From positions 402 to 64,401 of the forward strand of contig JBAZSE010000005.1 of assembly GCA_041662565.1 (NCBI GenBank): a stretch of 64,000 bases of DNA. Direction: 5' to 3'. The position numbers and the translations under genes were made by a program. Within the stretch, counting starts at the first letter, position 1. Each line of letters begins with the position of its first letter. The notes beneath the pieces are model-generated. The model searched no databases, was not told the origin of the DNA, and was given only the letters and a program-made list of their open reading frames with translations. This document shows positions 40,845 through 49,891 of this stretch, in pieces. Source of the stretch: Patescibacteria group bacterium. Lineage in GTDB: Bacteria; Patescibacteriota; Patescibacteriia; UBA1558; UBA10009.

Positions 40845-41528
40845 ATGTCTCACGTTTCTAAAAGATTAAAGGAAGCCAAGGGCTTGCTTGATAAAACCAA
40901 GGTTTATACTTTGGCCGAAGCCATTAAGTTGGTTAAAGATACTTCCAAAGTTAAATTTGACGCTTCGGTGGAAGTGCACCTTAAATTAGGCATTGATCCT
41001 AAAAAGGGCGAGCAAGGCGTTAGGGCATCGATTGTTTTGCCTTTTGGTACCGGTAAAATCAAAAAAGTCGCCGTGTTTGTTACGCCAACTTATGAAAAAG
41101 AAGCCAAAACGGCTGGAGCGGATATTGTGGGCGGCAAAGATTTAATTGAACAAATTAAAAAAGACGGCAAGTGCGATTTTGAAGTGGCCGTAGCCGTACC
41201 CGAAATTATGAGAGATTTGGCAGCCATTGCCAAAACTTTGGGTCAAAAGGGTTTAATGCCAAATCCCAAAACGGGCACTGTAACAACCGATATTACCAAA
41301 GCGGTGGAAGAAATTAAAAAAGGTAAGGTTGATTTTAAAAATGATGATACGGCCAATATTCACGCCATGGTCGGCAAGGTTTCATTTACGGATGAACAGA
41401 TCAAAGCCAATATTGATGCCTTGATCAATGCCGTAAAAAAAGCCAAGCCCGATGCGGTTAAAGGTATTTACCTTAAAACCATGACGATTTGTTCTTCTAT
41501 GGGCCCTGGTATCAAAGTTCAGTTGTAA
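40845..41528 (+). CDS. rplA: 50S ribosomal protein L1
   Basis: The L1 fold is conserved; the start at MSHVSKRLKE is preferred over the upstream ATG at 40812. Confidence 0.9.
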   Translation: MSHVSKRLKEAKGLLDKTKVYTLAEAIKLVKDTSKVKFDASVEVHLKLGIDPKKGEQGVRASIVLPFGTGKIKKVAVFVTPTYEKEAKTAGADIVGGKDLIEQIKKDGKCDFEVAVAVPEIMRDLAAIAKTLGQKGLMPNPKTGTVTTDITKAVEEIKKGKVDFKNDDTANIHAMVGKVSFTDEQIKANIDALINAVKKAKPDAVKGIYLKTMTICSSMGPGIKVQL

Positions 41529-41548
41529 ATTTACTTTTATTTGGTTTA

Positions 41549-41578
41549 CCCAGCCCTTCGCAAAGGGCTGGGTTTTTT
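41549..41578 (+). terminator. Rho-independent terminator after rplA
   Basis: CCCAGCCCTT-CGCAA-AGGGCTGGG followed by TTTTTT. Confidence 0.8.
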
Positions 41579-41636
41579 GTTTGCCCAAATACCGCCTTTT
41601 TGCTAGAATGAATTTATTAAATTAATCCATTAACTT

Positions 41637-42110
41637 ATGCCAAAACGAGAAGATTACATTTCCTGGGATGAATGTTTTATGCAAATGGCCCATTTGATCG
41701 CCATGAGATCCAAGGATCCATCATCCCAAGTAGGGGCAGTGATTGTTGATGATCAAAATGTTATTGTGGGTATGGGCTATAATGGCTGGCCTAGGGGCAT
41801 AAAAGATGATGAATTGCCGTGGGATCGGTCTGGCGGTTTTTTGGGATCAAAGTACGCCTTTGTTGTTCATGCGGAAGAAAACGCCGTTTATAACGCCAAT
41901 AAAGAAGTTAAAGGTTGTAAAGTTTATTGCACGCTTTTTCCTTGTAATGAATGTGCCAAAACTTTAATTCAAAACAACATTAAAGAGATAGTTTATTCTT
42001 CCGATAAGTATCATGATGAAGAAATTTGGATCGCCTCCAGAAAATTACTGGATTTAGCCGGAGTTAAGTATCAAAAGTACTCGCCTAAATTTAAATTAAA
42101 ATTAGAATGA
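41637..42110 (+). CDS. dCMP deaminase (ComEB-like)
   Basis: Zinc-binding HAEENAV and PCNECAK motifs. Confidence 0.85.
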   Translation: MPKREDYISWDECFMQMAHLIAMRSKDPSSQVGAVIVDDQNVIVGMGYNGWPRGIKDDELPWDRSGGFLGSKYAFVVHAEENAVYNANKEVKGCKVYCTLFPCNECAKTLIQNNIKEIVYSSDKYHDEEIWIASRKLLDLAGVKYQKYSPKFKLKLE

Positions 42111-42670
42111 CTAAAAAAATAATTTTGGGTTTTGTTGGAAAATTAGCTAGTGGTAAAGGCACGATCGCTAAATATCTCTCCGAGCATCATCAAGCGGAGG
42201 TTTTAATGTTTTCCCAACCCCTCCGCGATGTGCTTGATCGTTTTTATTTGCCCCAAACCAGGGGTAACATGCAGGGCGTTTCCAAAAGTTTGCGCGAGGC
42301 ATTGGGCCAGGATGTGATTGCCAAAGTTATTGCCGAGGATGCCAAAAAATCAGCGGCAAGTTTGTTGGCAGTTGACGGAGTAAGGCGCCCGATGGATATT
42401 GTTTTTTTAAGAGAATTGCCCGGTTTTTATTTAATCAAAGTGGAAACCGATCAAAAGATTCGCTACACCCGCATGACCAAGCGCGGGCAAAACCCTGATG
42501 ATCATACAACCACTTTTGAGGAATTTCAAAAAAAAGATATTGCCGAAGCCGAAAGTTTGATTGATGAAGTGGCCAAAGATGCCAAGTTTGCTATTGATAA
42601 TAACGGAACTTTTGAAGAATTATATAAACAGCTTGAAGAAATTTTAATCAATATCCAAAGTGAAAGTTAA
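42107..42670 (+). CDS. P-loop deoxynucleoside-monophosphate kinase resembling phage T4 gene 1 dNMP kinase
   Basis: P-loop GKLASGKGT. The C-terminus IDNNGTFEELYKQLEEIL resembles the T4 dNMP kinase C-terminus NDGSLEELFSKIKNTL (T4 sequence recalled from memory). It is embedded between dCMP deaminase and dut. Confidence 0.5.
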   Translation: MTKKIILGFVGKLASGKGTIAKYLSEHHQAEVLMFSQPLRDVLDRFYLPQTRGNMQGVSKSLREALGQDVIAKVIAEDAKKSAASLLAVDGVRRPMDIVFLRELPGFYLIKVETDQKIRYTRMTKRGQNPDDHTTTFEEFQKKDIAEAESLIDEVAKDAKFAIDNNGTFEELYKQLEEILINIQSES

Positions 42671-43082
42671 AATAAAAAAATTAAATCTTGCTGCCAAACT
42701 GCCTACCTATGCCAACCCGGGTGATGCCGGATTGGATTTGTATTCTTTGGAAGATTATCTACTGACGCCGGGGGAGAGGCATAATTTTTTTGTCGGCTTT
42801 GCTTTGGAATTCTCCAATGGCTTTGTGGCCATAGTTAAGGATAAAAGCGGTTTGCCTAAAAATTTTGGTTTGCATGTGTTGGGCGGGGTGTTTGATGCTC
42901 CTTATCGCGGAGAATACAATGTTACTATGGTAAATTTGGGCCAAGAGGCCTATCAAATTAAAACAGGCGATAAGATTGCCCAATTGCTGATCATACCTTG
43001 TGAGCGGGCTGAATTTGAAGAAACAGAGGAATTATCGGGCACAGTTAGGGGAGAGGGTAGGTTTGGGTCGAGTGGAAGATAA
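42660..43082 (+). CDS. dut: dUTP diphosphatase
   Basis: Motifs GDAGLDLYS, GVFDAPYRGE and RGEGRFGSSG. Confidence 0.9.
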   Translation: MKVKIKKLNLAAKLPTYANPGDAGLDLYSLEDYLLTPGERHNFFVGFALEFSNGFVAIVKDKSGLPKNFGLHVLGGVFDAPYRGEYNVTMVNLGQEAYQIKTGDKIAQLLIIPCERAEFEETEELSGTVRGEGRFGSSGR

Positions 43083-43141
43083 TATGAAACATTAATTCCC
43101 TAAAATCCTTTAAAGTTTAAGGATTTTTTTATTTTTTAATT

Positions 43142-43648
43142 TTATTTTTGATAAATGCAGAAGCGGAATTTGATGTCGTTTTCTTCGTTAATTTCACTTG
43201 TTTCAATTTTTTTAAAGTCAGTTGGAATTTTTGGAAAAAAAGCATCGCATTCAAATATGCCCTCAACTTCGGTCAAATATATTTTATGACAAGCGGGATG
43301 AGTAATTGAAAAAGCATATAACATGCCGCCGCCGATAATAAATACTTCTTCTGGATTTTTTTGTCCCAAATAATTAAGAGCTTCATCCAATGATTGGAAA
43401 TTTAAAACCTCGGAAGGCAAATCGTCGTACTTTTCTTTGGATAAAACAATATTCAATCTATCGCGCAAAGGGCGATATTTTTCCGGCAAAGATTTCCAGG
43501 TATTTAAGCCCATTATTACGACATTGTTTTTATTACCAATAGTAATAGAGCTGAAATGTTTTAAATCAGTTTTTAAATCCCAGGGTAGGCGATTGTTGAT
43601 GCCAATGCCCAGCTTTTCGTCAGCGGCAGCAATGATAGAAAAATTCAT
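43142..43648 (-). CDS. folA: Dihydrofolate reductase
   Basis: IIAAADEKLGIGINNRLPWDLKTDLKHF. Confidence 0.9.
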   Translation of the reverse strand: MNFSIIAAADEKLGIGINNRLPWDLKTDLKHFSSITIGNKNNVVIMGLNTWKSLPEKYRPLRDRLNIVLSKEKYDDLPSEVLNFQSLDEALNYLGQKNPEEVFIIGGGMLYAFSITHPACHKIYLTEVEGIFECDAFFPKIPTDFKKIETSEINEENDIKFRFCIYQK

Positions 43649-43664
43649 AGTTATTATGAGTTAC

Positions 43665-43743
43665 GAGGCCTTGCAAGTAAAAATTTATTTGCGGGACGCT
43701 CGATTACTCGCGAAAGCAAATAAATTTTTCTTGCTCGGCCTCG
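43665..43743. repeat. Short (about 80 bp) palindromic element between thyA and folA
   Basis: GAGGCC TTGCAAGTAAAAATTTATTTGC ... GCAAATAAATTTTTCTTGC TCGGCCTC: nested inverted repeats around a GC core. Confidence 0.65.
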
Positions 43744-43746
43744 CTA

Positions 43747-44565
43747 TTAAATAGCTATCGGGGCTTTAATGCCCGGATCAGGATTATAATTTTCTAAAGT
43801 AAAATCTTCAAACTTAAAATCAAAAATATTTTTAATTTCCGGATTGATTTTCATAGTTGGCAATGCCTTTGGCGTTCTGGATAGCTGTAATTTGACCTGG
43901 TCCAGATGATTGCTGTAAATATGCACGTCGCCAAAAGTATGCACAAAATCACCAAGTTCTTTGTTAGTTACTTGCGCCATCATCATAGTTAATAAAGCGT
44001 ATGAAGCAATGTTAAAAGGTACGCCCAAAAATACATCGGCACTACGCTGGTATAATTGGCAGGATAATTTATTGTTGGCCACATAAAATTGGAACATGGT
44101 GTGGCAAGGAGGGGGAGCGGTTTTTTTGCCGCTAATCAATTGCTGCAAATCAGCCACATTCCAGCCCGAAACAATCAATCTGCGGTCATTGGGATTCTTT
44201 TTGATCCTTTCCACTACATCGGCAATTTGGTTGATTTTTAGGCCATCTTTGCCTTCCCAGGCAGTCCATTGTTTGCCATAAATCGGGCCAAGATCGCCAT
44301 TTTCATCAGCCCATTCATCCCAAATGCCCACACCGTTATCATTTAGGTATTGAATATTGGTATCGCCGCGCAAAAACCACAGCAATTCATAAATAATTGA
44401 TTTTAAATGGACTTTTTTGGTGGTCATTAGTGGAAAACCCTCGGCTAAATTATAGCGCCGTTGCGCGCCAAATAGGGAAATGGTGCCCGTACCTGTGCGG
44501 TCGGCCTTTTCCACGCCTTTCTCCAAAATTTCCTGCAATAAAGAAAGGTATTGTTGCATAAACAA
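43747..44565 (-). CDS. thyA: Thymidylate synthase
   Basis: [31 protein letters not shown], and the active-site region [11 protein letters not shown]. Confidence 0.95.
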   Translation of the reverse strand: MFMQQYLSLLQEILEKGVEKADRTGTGTISLFGAQRRYNLAEGFPLMTTKKVHLKSIIYELLWFLRGDTNIQYLNDNGVGIWDEWADENGDLGPIYGKQWTAWEGKDGLKINQIADVVERIKKNPNDRRLIVSGWNVADLQQLISGKKTAPPPCHTMFQFYVANNKLSCQLYQRSADVFLGVPFNIASYALLTMMMAQVTNKELGDFVHTFGDVHIYSNHLDQVKLQLSRTPKALPTMKINPEIKNIFDFKFEDFTLENYNPDPGIKAPIAI

Positions 44566-44687
44566 TATGTATTTATAAAATTAGATATTAAGAGACAGAT
44601 AAAATCTGCCCTAGCTTTTAGTATATGGGAAATTTTAAAAATTGTAAAATGCTTGCATTTAAGGTAAAATAATAGCATACATCGCTT

Positions 44688-45293
44688 ATGAAAGAAGGTT
44701 TATTCATCGTTATTTACGGCATTAATAACCTGGGCAAATCAACTCAGGCCGAGTTTTTGGTGGAGTCGTTTGATAAAGCGGGTTTACCGGCGCAATATCT
44801 AAAATATCCCGTTTATGAACTTGCCCCAACCGGCCCTAAAATAAATCAGGTTTTAAGGGGAGAAAATGGCCAGCAAATGTCCGAGGAAGAACTGCAGGCA
44901 ATGTACACTCAAAACAGGCGTGATTTTCAACCCCAGCTCATTAAACTTATTGCCGAAGGAATAAATGTTGTAGCCGAAGATTATATTGGCACCGGTTTGG
45001 CTTGGGGCAGTGCCAAGGGCGCTGATTTGGAAAAATTAATTGCCAGCAATAAGGGTTTACTAAAACCGGATATAGAAATTTTGCTTGACGGCGAAAGATT
45101 TATTCAAGCCAAAGAAGTTGGTCATTTGCATGAATCAAATGATGAGTTGGTGGAAAGGTGTCGAAATATTCATTTGGAATTGGCTGCCAAGTTTGGTTGG
45201 GCAATTGTTGATGCCAATCAAAAAGTAGAAGAAGTTCATGAAGATATTTTGAAAGCAATAGAGAAAAAAATAAAAGAATTAAATACTATTTAA
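44688..45293 (+). CDS. tmk: Thymidylate kinase
   Basis: P-loop GINNLGKST, a DRY-equivalent region EDYIGTGLAWG and lid similarity to Tmk. Confidence 0.75.
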   Translation: MKEGLFIVIYGINNLGKSTQAEFLVESFDKAGLPAQYLKYPVYELAPTGPKINQVLRGENGQQMSEEELQAMYTQNRRDFQPQLIKLIAEGINVVAEDYIGTGLAWGSAKGADLEKLIASNKGLLKPDIEILLDGERFIQAKEVGHLHESNDELVERCRNIHLELAAKFGWAIVDANQKVEEVHEDILKAIEKKIKELNTI

Positions 45294-45314
45294 TTTTAAT
45301 AAATTAATTTCACA

Positions 45315-46154
45315 ATGCAGGGCTTTACTCGCTTTGTGGCAAGAAAACATATGAGAAAAATTTTTCTCTTGTTGGCTTTGTTGGCTACGGCTATCTGGCC
45401 AGCCGGCAGTGTTATGGCCTGGAGTAATCCCAGCCACCCTTTTATGGTGGATAAAGCCGCCATTATTTTACAAAAAGATTTGGCAGCGTATATTAAAAAG
45501 TATCCTGATTTTAACAAGTATTTAAACACCTATCTGCCAAAAATTAAACAAGGTGCATCCGATGCCGATGCTTTTTCCACTACTGTTGGCAAAGAGGTTT
45601 ATAAATTTAAGGTCTTAGGCAAAAGTTATGAAATTTACATGCCAACCAGTGAACATTATTATGATGTGGCAACCGGCAAAGGAGCTTTAAAATATTTTAG
45701 ATCAGCCAGGCAAAAAGCCGATGAATATTATGCAACTGCCAAACAGAAATTTACCGAAAAAAAATATGATGACGCCTTTTTGTTTTTAGGCAGAGCAATT
45801 CATATGGTTCAGGATACTACCAATCCGCACCACACTCAAATCGGCGCCAGTGCCATTCTTAACTGGGAGGGTTTTTCCAATCACGCTTTTTCCAACCGGG
45901 AAAAATACAGCGTTGCTTCGGGCGGGATTTATACCGAGCCCAATATAGGCACCATGGTCCACAATAACGCCAATCTTTGCTCGGGTTATTTTAAGTATGT
46001 TGATGGCTTAAACAGATTGATTAAATGGATTAATTGGCCGGTTGATGATGATTATCCCAAGGCCGGTAACGCCTGTTTTTCCAGAGGCGAAAAAACAACA
46101 GCTGGTGCTGTTTACATGTTTTTAAAGGATGTTCTTAAGTTGCCAGCCAAGTAA
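45315..46154 (+). CDS. Secreted zinc-dependent phospholipase C / P1-nuclease-fold protein
   Basis: Signal peptide, then mature N-terminal WSNPSHPF (Trp1 zinc ligand), EHYYD, and FLFLGRAIHMVQDTTNPHHT matching the B. cereus PLC zinc-site pattern. Confidence 0.65.
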   Translation: MQGFTRFVARKHMRKIFLLLALLATAIWPAGSVMAWSNPSHPFMVDKAAIILQKDLAAYIKKYPDFNKYLNTYLPKIKQGASDADAFSTTVGKEVYKFKVLGKSYEIYMPTSEHYYDVATGKGALKYFRSARQKADEYYATAKQKFTEKKYDDAFLFLGRAIHMVQDTTNPHHTQIGASAILNWEGFSNHAFSNREKYSVASGGIYTEPNIGTMVHNNANLCSGYFKYVDGLNRLIKWINWPVDDDYPKAGNACFSRGEKTTAGAVYMFLKDVLKLPAK

Positions 46155-46184
46155 ATATATCATATGATTACATATAAACTCCTC

Positions 46185-46210
46185 GGCTCGTCGAGCTAAG
46201 CTCGATCTCG
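46185..46210. repeat. Core-only copy of the mini-element palindrome upstream of gatB
   Basis: GGCTCGTCGAGCTAAGCTCGATCTCGCC contains the perfect TCGAGCTAAGCTCGA. Confidence 0.55.
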
Positions 46211-46223
46211 CCTTACGTCGTTT

Positions 46224-47726
46224 ATGAATCTAGAAACAATTATCGGCCTAGAAATACACATTCAACTTAAAACTAAGTCGAAAATGTTTTGTAGTTGTTC
46301 CAATGTAGGCGAGAACCAACCGCCTAACACCACGGTTTGTCAGATTTGTTTGGGGCACCCCGGTACTTTGCCTTTTGCAAATCAGGAAGCAATTACCATG
46401 GGCGCCATGCTGGCCTTGGCTTTGGATGGCAAAATTAACCCTGTTTCAATTTGGGCCAGGAAAAATTATTTTTATCCGGATTTGCCCAAAGGTTATCAAA
46501 TTTCCCAGTTTGATAAACCCTTGTCCACAGAAGGCCATTTAACCATTCATGTTTTAGGTGAAGAAAAACGAATTAATATTGAACGTTTGCATTTGGAAGA
46601 AGACGCGGCTAAAAATTTTCATTCTCCTGAAGCTACTCTAATTGATTATAATCGGGCCGGCACGCCTTTGGCAGAAATTGTTACCAAGCCGGATTTTCGG
46701 TCACCTTTGGAAGCCAAGATTTTTTTAACGCAATTGCGATTGTTGGCACGTTATTTGCATGTTTCCGATGCCGATATGGAAAAAGGGCATTTACGATGTG
46801 ATGCCAATATTTCACTCAAGCAAGTGGGCGAAGAAAAATTGCATCCCAAAACAGAAATTAAAAATTTGAACTCATTTAGGTCGGTCGAACGGGCTTTGGA
46901 ATATGAAATGAAAAGGCAATTGGAATTATGGCAGCTGGGTACGCCGCCAAGTAAAGAAACAACCAGGGGCTGGGATGAAAATAAATTAATTACCGTAGAA
47001 CAGCGTTCTAAGGAAGATTCGGCCGATTACCGTTACTTTCCGGAACCGGATTTGCCGCCTTTGGTTTTTTCGGAGGCACAAGTTACCGAAATTAAAAATA
47101 GCTTGCCCGAATTGCCAAAAGCCAAGATTTTAAGATTCATTAAAGAATATCAGCTTAATGCCACCGATGCCATTACTCTGGTTGATGATGAAACCGTAGC
47201 CGATTATTTTGAAAAAGTAATGACCGAAGCAAGGGGCTGGCTGGAAGCAAGCGGCGACCCGATAGGCACTAGCGAAGAAATTTGGGAACTTAATAAAAAA
47301 AGGTTAACCAAATTGGTTTCCGGCTGGCTGTTATCGGAATTATTTAAATTGATGAATGAAGCCAAAACAACGATTTATGATTTAAAAATTACGCCGGAAA
47401 ATTTTGCCGAATTTATCGCCCTTATTTATGAAAGGAAAGTAAACAGTACCACAGCCCAAGCTGTTTTAAGAAAGATGTTTGTTACCGGCGCGGATCCTAG
47501 CCACATTATTGAAGAAGAGGATTTGGGCCAGATAAGCGATGAGCCGGCTTTAATCCAAGCGGTGGAAAAAATTATTGCCGGAAATTTAGAACAAGTAGCA
47601 GAGTACCGCCAAGGCAAAACGCCGTTACTTAAATATTTTATCGGCTTGAGCATGAAAGAAATGAAAGGTAAAGCCGATCCCGAAAAATTAGCCGAACTAT
47701 TTAAGAGTAAACTGGACGATGTTTAA
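46224..47726 (+). CDS. gatB: Asp-tRNA(Asn)/Glu-tRNA(Gln) amidotransferase subunit B
   Basis: ETIIGLEIHIQLKTKSKMFCSCS. Confidence 0.9.
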   Translation: MNLETIIGLEIHIQLKTKSKMFCSCSNVGENQPPNTTVCQICLGHPGTLPFANQEAITMGAMLALALDGKINPVSIWARKNYFYPDLPKGYQISQFDKPLSTEGHLTIHVLGEEKRINIERLHLEEDAAKNFHSPEATLIDYNRAGTPLAEIVTKPDFRSPLEAKIFLTQLRLLARYLHVSDADMEKGHLRCDANISLKQVGEEKLHPKTEIKNLNSFRSVERALEYEMKRQLELWQLGTPPSKETTRGWDENKLITVEQRSKEDSADYRYFPEPDLPPLVFSEAQVTEIKNSLPELPKAKILRFIKEYQLNATDAITLVDDETVADYFEKVMTEARGWLEASGDPIGTSEEIWELNKKRLTKLVSGWLLSELFKLMNEAKTTIYDLKITPENFAEFIALIYERKVNSTTAQAVLRKMFVTGADPSHIIEEEDLGQISDEPALIQAVEKIIAGNLEQVAEYRQGKTPLLKYFIGLSMKEMKGKADPEKLAELFKSKLDDV

Positions 47727-48489
47727 AAAATTTTTTGTTATTGCAATAAAACCGGCTTTGGTTTTGTTTTTGTTATCTTTTATTTTTTTTGGACAGCAGG
47801 CGTTGGCTCAAACCATGGATAGCGATAACGACGGTTTAACCGATGATCAAGAGATTAATATTTATCATACCGATCCTTTTAGATCCGATACCGATAAAGA
47901 CAGTTATTTTGATAAAGCGGAATTGGACAAAGGTTTTTCACCGCATCGGCCAGGGTATAAATTAAGCCAGTTGGATTGGGATAAAGATGGTTTGTCGGAT
48001 GAATTGGAGCTAAAATTTGGCACTGATTTAAAAAATTCCGATAGCGATGCAGACGGTTATACGGATGGCGATGAAGTAAAAAAGGGATTTAATCCCAAAA
48101 GCTCTGATAAAACCAAGCTGTTTAAAAAAATAGAAATTAATTTGGCCAAACAGGAATTAAACTATTATTTGGGCTCTGTAAGTTTAGCTACTTTTAAAGT
48201 ATCTTCCGGCAAACCGGGCTGGGATACGCCAAAGGGTAATTTTAAGATAGAAATCAAAACACCTTTAGCTTGGTCTAAAGCCGCCGGCTTGTGGATGCCT
48301 TATTGGATGGCTTTTGTGCCAACCGGAAAATTCGGCCTGCATGAACTGCCTTATTGGCCAAATGGTTATAGGGAAGGGGAGAACCATTTGGGTATGCCGG
48401 CTTCGCATGGCTGTGTTAGATTGGGCATTGGCTTTGCTAAAATTTTATATGATTGGGCAGAAATTGGTACGCCAGTGATGATTTATTGA
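47719..48489 (+). CDS. L,D-transpeptidase (YkuD domain) with N-terminal thrombospondin type-3-like Ca-binding repeats
   Basis: Repeats DSDNDGLTDDQE, DWDKDGLSDELE and DSDADGYTDGDE, then the catalytic HGCVRL motif. Confidence 0.8.
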   Translation: MFKKFFVIAIKPALVLFLLSFIFFGQQALAQTMDSDNDGLTDDQEINIYHTDPFRSDTDKDSYFDKAELDKGFSPHRPGYKLSQLDWDKDGLSDELELKFGTDLKNSDSDADGYTDGDEVKKGFNPKSSDKTKLFKKIEINLAKQELNYYLGSVSLATFKVSSGKPGWDTPKGNFKIEIKTPLAWSKAAGLWMPYWMAFVPTGKFGLHELPYWPNGYREGENHLGMPASHGCVRLGIGFAKILYDWAEIGTPVMIY

Positions 48490-48726
48490 ATCAGACGGCG
48501 CTAACGTAAAAATAAAAAAATTTGTAGCCGAGGACCGTTTAAGCCTTATCAAACGTGGCTTGAGAAAATTCAGAACGGCGGGGATAACTTAAATGAAAAA
48601 ATCGCAATTGATTGGCGCGTTCCGCAGGCAAGAATTTTTTTATTTTTACGATTAGCTATACCTAATTTAACGATGTGTGGCGCTTAGCGCCACAACCCCA
48701 GCGCTAAGCGCTGTGGATAAATACTA

Positions 48727-48755
48727 TTGACGGTCAATTTTTGAAAGAGTATTAT
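48727..48755 (+). promoter_or_regulatory. Candidate promoter TTGACG-N17-TATTAT driving a ~110-nt leader/sRNA that ends at a strong terminator
   Basis: Near-consensus hexamers. Upstream is a GC hairpin plus TGTGGATAA; downstream is the terminator at 48842-48870. Confidence 0.4.
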
Positions 48756-48841
48756 TATCCACAGTATGTTAAAACAAAACTTTAAATGGAAAGATAGGTT
48801 GAGCGTTACTCCAGGTTTAAGTTTTTCAAATTTTATCAATT

Positions 48842-48870
48842 ACACCCGTCAATAAGACGGGTGTTTTTTT
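48842..48870 (+). terminator. Rho-independent terminator (or attenuator) 30 nt upstream of the AsnRS-like gene
   Basis: ACACCCGTC-AATAA-GACGGGTGT followed by TTTTTTT. Confidence 0.75.
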
Positions 48871-48898
48871 AACTTAATTATTAACTAAGCTTTAATTT

Positions 48899-49891
48899 AT
48901 GCACAAAAATGTTCTCCTGATTTCGGAGATTTTAAAAGCCGGCAGAGCAACGCTGGAAAATCGCGGTTTTATCGAGGTGGTTACCCCAAGAGTAGTAAGG
49001 GCAACAGGCGCCTGCGAAAACGTCAACACTTTGTTTGAAGTTTCTGTTGGCCAGGATTTTAAGTGGTTTGGTTCAAGTAGTTATTTGGCTCAAACAGGTC
49101 AGTTGTATTTGGAGGCCTTGGTGCCGGAATATAAAAAGGTTTATTGTTCCGGACCTTCATTTAGAGCCGAAGCCACAGTTGATGCCAGGCATTTAACCGA
49201 GTTTTTGATGATGGAAATTGAATTTGCCGGCGGTTTTGACCAATTGTTGATGGAAATTGAGGCCTTTGTTTCGGGTATTGCCAAAACGCTTGTAAACATC
49301 AGCCAAACGCAGGATTTGGGCTTAGGCGAGGAGAATTTAAAACGGCTAGCCACTTGCCCGGATGTTTTTACTAAATTAACTTATGATCAAGCCATTATTA
49401 AGTTGCAGGAATTAGGCGAATCAATTGCCTGGGGCGATGATATTAATTCGGCTAGAGAAAAGATTTTAGTGGAAAGCTTCGGCAACCAGCCAATGTTTAT
49501 TACCCGCTATCCCGATCCAATGGTGGATCATGGCAAAGAAATTGAAGTGGAAAAGTTTTTTAACATGTTGCCTGATGCCGAAAATCCCGGCCGAGTGCTT
49601 TCTAGCGATTTGATTTTGCCGTTTGCCGGTGAAGCGGTTGGATCGGCGGCTCGCGTTCATATTGCCGAAGAAATGGTTAGAAGATTGGAACATTCCAAAA
49701 TGTTTAAACGCTTGGAAGAAATGGGTGGCAGTTTAGCGGACTTTTCCTGGTATATTGATCGCCTTAAAGAAGGTAGCGTGCCCCATGCCGGCTGTGGTTT
49801 TGGCATGTCGCGCATTATCCAGTGGATTATGGGTACCAGAGACATTAGAGAAGCCGTTACCTTCCCATCAAACAAGGGGGGAATTATTTAG
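48899..49891 (+). CDS. Class IIb aaRS catalytic-core-only protein (AsnRS/AspRS paralog; candidate archaeal-type asparagine synthetase AsnA)
   Basis: Class II motifs 2 (FRAE...RHLTEFLMMEIEFA) and 3 (GCGFGMSRIIQWIMGTRDIREAVTFP), but no N-terminal anticodon-binding OB domain; 330 aa. Confidence 0.55.
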   Translation: MHKNVLLISEILKAGRATLENRGFIEVVTPRVVRATGACENVNTLFEVSVGQDFKWFGSSSYLAQTGQLYLEALVPEYKKVYCSGPSFRAEATVDARHLTEFLMMEIEFAGGFDQLLMEIEAFVSGIAKTLVNISQTQDLGLGEENLKRLATCPDVFTKLTYDQAIIKLQELGESIAWGDDINSAREKILVESFGNQPMFITRYPDPMVDHGKEIEVEKFFNMLPDAENPGRVLSSDLILPFAGEAVGSAARVHIAEEMVRRLEHSKMFKRLEEMGGSLADFSWYIDRLKEGSVPHAGCGFGMSRIIQWIMGTRDIREAVTFPSNKGGII

